Assembly: GCA_963662265.2 (NCBI GenBank)
Contig: CAXXHA010000035.1
Span: forward strand, 128,001 to 192,000
Length of the DNA: 64,000 nt
From: Spirochaetia bacterium
GTDB lineage: Bacteria; Spirochaetota; Spirochaetia; CADAEX01
Direction of reading: 5' to 3'
Positions 58,193 to 64,000 of the stretch are shown piece after piece; positions within the stretch are counted from its first letter, which is position 1; each line of letters starts with the position of its first letter. A program made the position numbers and the translations under genes. Below the pieces are notes generated by a model. It saw nothing but the letters and a program-made list of their open reading frames with translations, did no database searches and was not told where the DNA came from.

Positions 58193-58925
58193 TGAAAAAC
58201 CAATTGTCAGAATAAATAATGTAACCAAGAATTTCGGGACTGTTGAGGCTCTTAAAAATGTAAGCCTTGATGTTAAGACCGGGGAAGTTGTTCTTATTAT
58301 CGGGCCATCAGGCAGCGGAAAGAGTACACTTCTCAGAAGTGTTAACAAGCTTGAAAACCTGACAACAGGTGAGATATGGATTGATGATGATCTTCTTACT
58401 CATCATCAGTCGGACATAAGAAAGATCAGGGAGGAGGTTGGGATGGTTTTTCAGAACTTCAACCTGTTTTCCCATCTTACAGCACTTGAAAATATAACAC
58501 TTGCTCCAATGGTTGTTAAAAAAATAGGTAAGGCTGAAGCAGTTAAAATTGCGGAAGACCTTCTTGCAAGGGTAGGGCTTTCCGACAGGGCAGGTAATTA
58601 TCCTGATCAGCTTTCAGGCGGTCAGCAGCAGAGGGTTGCTATAGCAAGGGCTCTTGCCATGAATCCCAAGGTTATGCTTTTTGATGAGCCTACCAGCGCT
58701 CTTGACCCGGAGATGATAAAGGAAGTTCTTGATGTAATGCTTCAGCTTGCAAAAGACGGAATGACAATGCTTGTTGTTTCCCATGAAATGGGTTTTGCGA
58801 GGGCTGCTGCAGATACTGTAGTCTTCATGGATGAGGGGGAGATAATTGAAAAAGGCTCTCCCGATGATATTTTTGATAATCCTCAGGAAGAGAGAACCAA
58901 AAAGTTTCTCAAACACATCCTGTAA
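58182..58925 (+). CDS. Amino acid ABC transporter ATP-binding protein (GlnQ-like)
   Basis: [16 protein letters not shown] and [10 protein letters not shown] motifs. Confidence 0.95.
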   Translation: MRSSEKPIVRINNVTKNFGTVEALKNVSLDVKTGEVVLIIGPSGSGKSTLLRSVNKLENLTTGEIWIDDDLLTHHQSDIRKIREEVGMVFQNFNLFSHLTALENITLAPMVVKKIGKAEAVKIAEDLLARVGLSDRAGNYPDQLSGGQQQRVAIARALAMNPKVMLFDEPTSALDPEMIKEVLDVMLQLAKDGMTMLVVSHEMGFARAAADTVVFMDEGEIIEKGSPDDIFDNPQEERTKKFLKHIL

Positions 58926-58950
58926 TACTTTAATCTGAATATTGTTTATG

Positions 58951-58977
58951 AGGCTGTCTGTAAAGGACAGCTTTTTT
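58951..58977 (+). terminator. Intrinsic terminator
   Basis: GGCTGTC/GACAGCT stem followed by a T6 tract. Confidence 0.75.
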
Positions 58978-59172
58978 ATTTTCTTGTTGGAAATCAGAAA
59001 TAATATTATTTTCAGGATTGATAATAATCACTGTTCTGATATAGAGTATCAGTTTAACCGGATATGAAATATCTCTTGCTGCTCCAGTGCTTTAATTATT
59101 GTATCTGAAGCAATAATAATGAATTCGGCTGTAAAATTTTTTTTATTCCTGTTCCCGTGTTATAATTAAAGG

Positions 59173-59321
59173 ATGTAGTTCACCGGTATCTGTACACTAT
59201 CAGCAGGATCTGGTGTGTGTTACTCCGAGTGTCCATTTATTATCCCGATGTACAAGAAGGGATAACTGTACCATTGATCGCCAGTATCTGTCGCAGGTGT
59301 GGACAATAACGGGGAGCTATA
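59173..59321 (+). ncRNA. Candidate multi-stem leader RNA upstream of the aminotransferase
   Basis: Extended -10 TG-T-TATAAT at 59158-59166; nested helices 59174-85/59310-21, 59230-35/59300-05 and 59240-46/59259-65. Confidence 0.35.
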
Positions 59322-59352
59322 CAGGAAGTATTTTTTGTGAAAGGTGGAAGAA

Positions 59353-60696
59353 ATGAATAAACCCCAGATGTCTGCCCACTTCAAAGGGCGAAAACCTTCG
59401 GCAATCAGAATGTCGCAGATTGAATTTTCAAAAAGAAAAGACAGTGTTAAAGCTATCAATACCGCTATTGGTAATGTAACTCTTCCTACGCATCCAGCCA
59501 TGCAGGAGAGGATGTTTAATCTTGATTCTGATGCCTCTCCGTTTAAAAACGGTGTTGTTAAATACACAGCCACAGTTGGAGAAAAAGAAGCGAATGATGC
59601 TTTTCTGAATGTAATTGCATCAAGCGGATTCAAGACAGATAAACTATATTCACAGATTACTGACGGGGGAAGCCAGGCGATGGAACTGGTTGTTCTCGGC
59701 CTCTGCGGGGAAGCCGGAACTGATGACAAGCCTCTGCTTTTAATTGATCCTGCATATACAAATTATCTTTCCATGGCAAACAGGGTTGGCCGTAAAATTG
59801 TTTCTGTGAAACGAACACTTCAGGAAAACGGAAAATTTACACTTCCCGATATTAAAGATATCGAAGAGGTTGTCATGAAACATAAGCCCGGAGCTCTTGT
59901 TGTTATCCCGTATGATAATCCTACAGGACATTTTTACAAGGAAAGTGATATGGCTTCCCTTGCCGGACTCTGTGTGAAATATAACATGTGGATGGTCAGC
60001 GATGAAGCATACAGGGAGCTTTATTATGATGGTGACAGAACGGTAAGTATCTGGGGTATTACTGATGATCTTGTTCTCGGAATAGAGGGACGGAGGATCA
60101 GTATTGAAACCACATCCAAGGTATGGAACTGCTGCGGACTTAGAATTGGGGCCCTTGTTGCAGATAATGAAGAATTTCATACTCAGGCTGTTGCTGAAAA
60201 CACTGCAAACCTATGTTCAAGCGCTATCGGGCAGTATATTTTCGGCGCTATTGCACATGAATCAAGGGAAGACCTTGTAAAATGGTATGAAAAGATAAGG
60301 TCTTACTATAAATCGATGCTGACAGACTTCTGCAATGATCTTAAATCAAGACTTCCCGGAGTCATTGTTTCGAGTCCTGATTCCTCAATTTATTCAGTTA
60401 TTGATGTAAGAAATATTGCAAAACCGGGTTTTAATGCACTTGATTTTGTACTTTACTGTGCCAGGGAGGGAAGTGTTGAGGTTGATGGTGAATATTACAC
60501 ACTTCTTGTCTCTCCGATGTCTGGGTTCTACAGTGTTGCCCCCGGAGAGAATAATCCGGGTATGACTCAGATGAGGGTCTCATATGTTCCTGTTAAAGAG
60601 GATATGAAGAAGACACCGGAGCTGTTTGAGAAGCTTTTTACAGAATACAACAGCAGGATTGAGTCTGCCGCAGGTGCTGCTGCCGAGAAAAAGTAG
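59353..60696 (+). CDS. Class I/II PLP-dependent aminotransferase (aspartate aminotransferase-like)
   Basis: DNPTG, SDEAY and TTSKVWNCCGLRIG motifs. The start could also be GTG 59344. Confidence 0.9.
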   Translation: MNKPQMSAHFKGRKPSAIRMSQIEFSKRKDSVKAINTAIGNVTLPTHPAMQERMFNLDSDASPFKNGVVKYTATVGEKEANDAFLNVIASSGFKTDKLYSQITDGGSQAMELVVLGLCGEAGTDDKPLLLIDPAYTNYLSMANRVGRKIVSVKRTLQENGKFTLPDIKDIEEVVMKHKPGALVVIPYDNPTGHFYKESDMASLAGLCVKYNMWMVSDEAYRELYYDGDRTVSIWGITDDLVLGIEGRRISIETTSKVWNCCGLRIGALVADNEEFHTQAVAENTANLCSSAIGQYIFGAIAHESREDLVKWYEKIRSYYKSMLTDFCNDLKSRLPGVIVSSPDSSIYSVIDVRNIAKPGFNALDFVLYCAREGSVEVDGEYYTLLVSPMSGFYSVAPGENNPGMTQMRVSYVPVKEDMKKTPELFEKLFTEYNSRIESAAGAAAEKK

Positions 60697-60889
60697 GTCA
60701 GTCCAGAATTAAGTAAATGCAGTATTTTTCTGACTATCAGGGGAATGCTGCTTTTTTTATGGCTGAAAAATATTACAGGGATGATGTGCCTGGAAATGGT
60801 AAATTATAAAGGCATTCATAGCTGTCTTTTCTCGGTTTTTCTGAAAAGGTATTGTGCTTTTCTGTATCGCTTGATGCTTCTGATGAAAT

Positions 60890-60921
60890 AAAAAAACCCG
60901 GAAAGCATCTGCTTTACCGGG
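60890..60921 (-). terminator. Intrinsic terminator after aspS
   Basis: CCCGG-(T)-AAAGCA/TGCTTT-CCGGG stem followed by a T7 tract on the minus strand. Confidence 0.75.
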
Positions 60922-60947
60922 CCTGGTATATATGCTGGTGACAGCTT

Positions 60948-62756
60948 TTATTCTGCTGCTTTTTCAGCTACTTCAGCTTCTTCTTTGATTTCCTCTTTAA
61001 AGAGAATTCCAAGTTCATCCAGCTGGTTCTGCTCAATTTCTGAAGGGGAGTCATCAAGAGGTGACAACCCTGCTGTGTTTTTCGGGAACGCTATAACTTC
61101 CCTGATTGAATCTTCTCCTGCCATTATCATTACCAGTCTGTCAAGGCCGGGAGCGATACCTCCGTGAGGCGGTGCTCCGTATTTGAAAGCATTGAGCATG
61201 AAGCCGAATTTTCTTTCTGCCTCTTCATCTGAAAAACCTACAACATTGAAAATTCTCTTCTGAATTTCAGGGTCATGAACCCTGATTGATCCTGATGCAA
61301 TTTCATATCCGTTGAGAACAAGGTCGTAGAGATCTCCCTTAACCGGACCCGGGTCCTGTTCCATTGTCTCGAGATACTGTCCCTGAGGCATTGAGAACAT
61401 GTGATGCGCAGGATCCCATTTGTTCTCATCTTCGTTCCATTCGAAGAGTGGGAAGTCAAGGATCCAGGCAAAAGCAAATGCAGATTCATCGATAAGACCA
61501 AGGTCTTTTCCTAGTTTGCTTCTTACAGCCCCGAGTGAGTTACAGGTTACTTTCCAGCTGTCTGCAACAAAAAGGAGGAGGTCTCCGTTCTCGGCGCCTG
61601 TCTTTTCAATTATTTCCTTTTCCTCATCCTTAAAGAATTTTGAAACACCCCCTTCAAGCCCTTCTTCTCCTGCCTTCATCCATGCAAGGCCTTTTGCCCC
61701 GTAAATTTTGGCAGTATCTTCAAGTTCTGTGATTTTCTTTCTGGAATAATCTGATGCGCATCCTTTTGCAAGTATATACCTTACTGTTCCTCCGTTTGCC
61801 ACTGTGTCCTTGAATACAGAGAAGCTGCATTTTTCAGCGATGTCGGTGAAATCCTTTATCTTCATCTCGAAACGGAGGTCAGGTTTGTCTGAGCCGTAGG
61901 ATTCCATTGCTTCATGATAGCTCAGTCTTCTGAAATTCTCAGGGAGTTTAAGAGAGAGAGTTTTTTCAAAGACATGGCTCATCATTCCTTCTGTGAGGGA
62001 AAGTACATCTTCCCGGTCAACAAAGCTCATCTCTATATCTATCTGGGTAAATTCAGGCTGCCTGTCTCCCCTTGCATCCTCATCCCTGTAGCATCTTGCA
62101 ATCTGGAAGTACTTATCAAGTCCTGATACCATTAAGAGCTGTTTATATATCTGGGGGCTCTGTGGAAGGGCGAATGCTTTTCCGGGGTACAGTCTTGAAG
62201 GTACGATAAAGTCTCTTGCCCCTTCAGGAGTAGATTTTATGAAAGTGGGAGTTTCAATCTCGTAAAAATCCTTATTACTAAGGTATTCCCTTACTGCAAA
62301 TGCTGTTTCATGCCTGAGCCTGATATTGTTTTTCATTTTCTCAGATCTCAGGTCCAGGAATCTGTATTTAAGCCTCAAGTCTTCCTTAGCGTTTGATTTC
62401 TCGTCTACCATGAAGGGGAGGACTTCGCACTGTGAAAGTACTCTTATTTCTTCGGCTTTAATTTCAATTTCACCTGTACTCATATCAGGATTTATCATTT
62501 CATCAGGTCTTTTTCTCACCAGACCCTTTACTGCTATGCAGTATTCGAATTTAAGGTTGTCTGCAAGATTTATAAGATCTTCTGATGCATCCTCATCTAT
62601 TACTACCTGGCTTACACCATATCTGTCTCTTAAATTTATAAAGTGGATTCCGCCGTGGTTTCTGTTTTTATATACCCATCCGTTAAGGGTAACTGTCTTT
62701 CCGGCATCATTTCCGGATAGCTCTCCGCAAGTGTGTGTTCGTTTAAATTCATTCAT
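60948..62756 (-). CDS. aspS: Aspartate--tRNA ligase
   Basis: RTHTCG, TPEGARDF, LPQSPQ, RQPEFTQ and GAPPHGG motifs; likely start MNEFKRTH at 62756. Confidence 0.97.
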   Translation of the reverse strand: MNEFKRTHTCGELSGNDAGKTVTLNGWVYKNRNHGGIHFINLRDRYGVSQVVIDEDASEDLINLADNLKFEYCIAVKGLVRKRPDEMINPDMSTGEIEIKAEEIRVLSQCEVLPFMVDEKSNAKEDLRLKYRFLDLRSEKMKNNIRLRHETAFAVREYLSNKDFYEIETPTFIKSTPEGARDFIVPSRLYPGKAFALPQSPQIYKQLLMVSGLDKYFQIARCYRDEDARGDRQPEFTQIDIEMSFVDREDVLSLTEGMMSHVFEKTLSLKLPENFRRLSYHEAMESYGSDKPDLRFEMKIKDFTDIAEKCSFSVFKDTVANGGTVRYILAKGCASDYSRKKITELEDTAKIYGAKGLAWMKAGEEGLEGGVSKFFKDEEKEIIEKTGAENGDLLLFVADSWKVTCNSLGAVRSKLGKDLGLIDESAFAFAWILDFPLFEWNEDENKWDPAHHMFSMPQGQYLETMEQDPGPVKGDLYDLVLNGYEIASGSIRVHDPEIQKRIFNVVGFSDEEAERKFGFMLNAFKYGAPPHGGIAPGLDRLVMIMAGEDSIREVIAFPKNTAGLSPLDDSPSEIEQNQLDELGILFKEEIKEEAEVAEKAAE

Positions 62757-62763
62757 GATAAGA

Positions 62764-62792
62764 AATCTATCATCTGGAATAAACATGTTCAA
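62764..62792 (-). promoter_or_regulatory. Putative sigma70 promoter of aspS (leaderless or near-leaderless)
   Basis: TTGAAC-N17-TAGATT with extended TG and 7 nt before the ATG. Confidence 0.5.
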
Positions 62793-63047
62793 GATGCATA
62801 TTAACGTAGTTTACGGGGAGTAAAAAAGCTGGTGATTTATATTGTGTTTATCTCTATTGAGAGGTGTATGGATTATGACTATTGGTTTGAATGTTTATAC
62901 AAATTTAGCATTGATTTGAATGACATGGGAGTTTAAATAAGTTATCATTAGGACAGGGCAGATTAAAATTATCTGCAGCCAATATAATGTTTTAAATATG
63001 GTCAGCTGTAAAATAGCTTGCAGCTGATAAAGACCGGAGTTTAGAAA

Positions 63048-63809
63048 ATGCTTAACAGCAATAATATTCCAAAATATGTTCAGATATATAATTATCTTGA
63101 CGGTCTGATAAAAAGAGGCAGGATTAAAGTCGGTGACCGGCTGCCTACAGAGGAAAAGATCGCAGCTGATTTCAAGGTGAACAGGATGACTGTAAGGCAG
63201 GCTATTGATGAGTTTGTAGTCAAGAAGATGGTTGTAAGAGAGCGGGGCAGGGGAAGTTTCCTGGTCAGAAACAGGCCGCAGGAGTACCTGTGGAGCTTTA
63301 ACAACATAACAAGCTTTACAGATTCGATGCTGGATGCGGGAGTAAAGTCTGAATCTGAAAATATCCTGATTGAGCTTTCAGAGGCAGATGACAGGGTATG
63401 TTCGCTTCTTGCCCTTGATGAAGGCGACAAGAGGGTAATACATACGCTCAGAAGCAAATATGCCGAAGATGAGGTTGTCTGCTACGAGAGAAGTTTTCTT
63501 CCCTATAATGATTTCAGGGAAATCCTCGATATGAACATAGAAGGATCTCTTTATCATATACTTGTTGATAAGTTCAATATAAAGCTTGATCATTCCACCC
63601 ATACACTGAGCTCTTCGATAACAGGAGAGGAGGAGAGGACTCTTTTTCAGATAGATGAGAATGTTTCCTGCATGATGGTTGAATCTGTTACCTATGATCC
63701 GGGAAATATCCCTGTTGAAGTCCTCTATACATGCTTCAGGGGAGATAAATTTAAATTCAGGATTGAATCAGGTAAATATATTTATCAGAAAAAAGGGGAT
63801 ATCAGTTAA
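63048..63809 (+). CDS. GntR family regulator (HutC subfamily, UTRA domain)
   Basis: LPTE...VNRMTVRQA...RGRGSF HTH and a C-terminal UTRA-like domain ending FRGDKF. Confidence 0.94.
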   Translation: MLNSNNIPKYVQIYNYLDGLIKRGRIKVGDRLPTEEKIAADFKVNRMTVRQAIDEFVVKKMVVRERGRGSFLVRNRPQEYLWSFNNITSFTDSMLDAGVKSESENILIELSEADDRVCSLLALDEGDKRVIHTLRSKYAEDEVVCYERSFLPYNDFREILDMNIEGSLYHILVDKFNIKLDHSTHTLSSSITGEEERTLFQIDENVSCMMVESVTYDPGNIPVEVLYTCFRGDKFKFRIESGKYIYQKKGDIS

Positions 63810-64000
63810 AAAAGGATTGCCGCGATATTGTTCTGATCTTTTTTGTATCTAATGGCTGATCAGTATCTTTCATTTTTCCCTGTAAATACTTGGAGAATTT
63901 ACATCCTGTTAAGGAAAATAATCCGTCAGGAATTATATATACATATAAACTGTCCGTGTCTTGGACACTCTGGATATTCACATACTGTAAATAAAAAAAA

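Overview
AT-rich bacterial chromosome segment, probably a free-living spirochaete (inferred from the 'AGGKKE'-type N-termini of the ABC substrate-binding proteins). I recognised no rRNA, tRNA, CRISPR array, transposase or phage gene. The flanks are housekeeping and accessory genes (fabF, udk, cobO, a polar amino-acid ABC transporter, aspS). Two notable systems lie between them. (1) About 9.7-30.5 kb: a glpP antiterminator gene with five copies of one leader element (GGCNGAGA-N3/4-GAGAGCC running into an intrinsic terminator). The copies precede a GlpABC-like dehydrogenase, a duplicated flavoprotein subunit, a PotABCD-like transporter whose binding protein has basic residues where PotD has acidic ones, and a DHH phosphoesterase. 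Downstream are a four-hairpin covarying RNA array, a divergent mevalonate-kinase-like GHMP kinase, an Ldh_2 dehydrogenase and a malic enzyme. Together these suggest an uncharacterised glycerol-phosphate-linked catabolic regulon. (2) About 30.8-52.4 kb: an AT-rich island with twin ~1700-aa pseudokinase/AAA-ATPase/helical-repeat/GAF/histidine kinase sensors that share mosaic near-identical blocks, plus an NtrC-type activator. Three sigma54 promoters share one architecture (paired GTCAAY-N4-RTTGWC-like sites 90-93 bp upstream) and drive thioredoxin, CxC-metallophosphoesterase, CsgG-like, lipoprotein and DUF900 genes. Genes at 42.7-47.6 kb are broken by +1 homopolymer insertions that look like sequencing or assembly errors. 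Several genes appear to be transcribed leaderless. All functional calls come from motif recognition by eye; no database searches were run.
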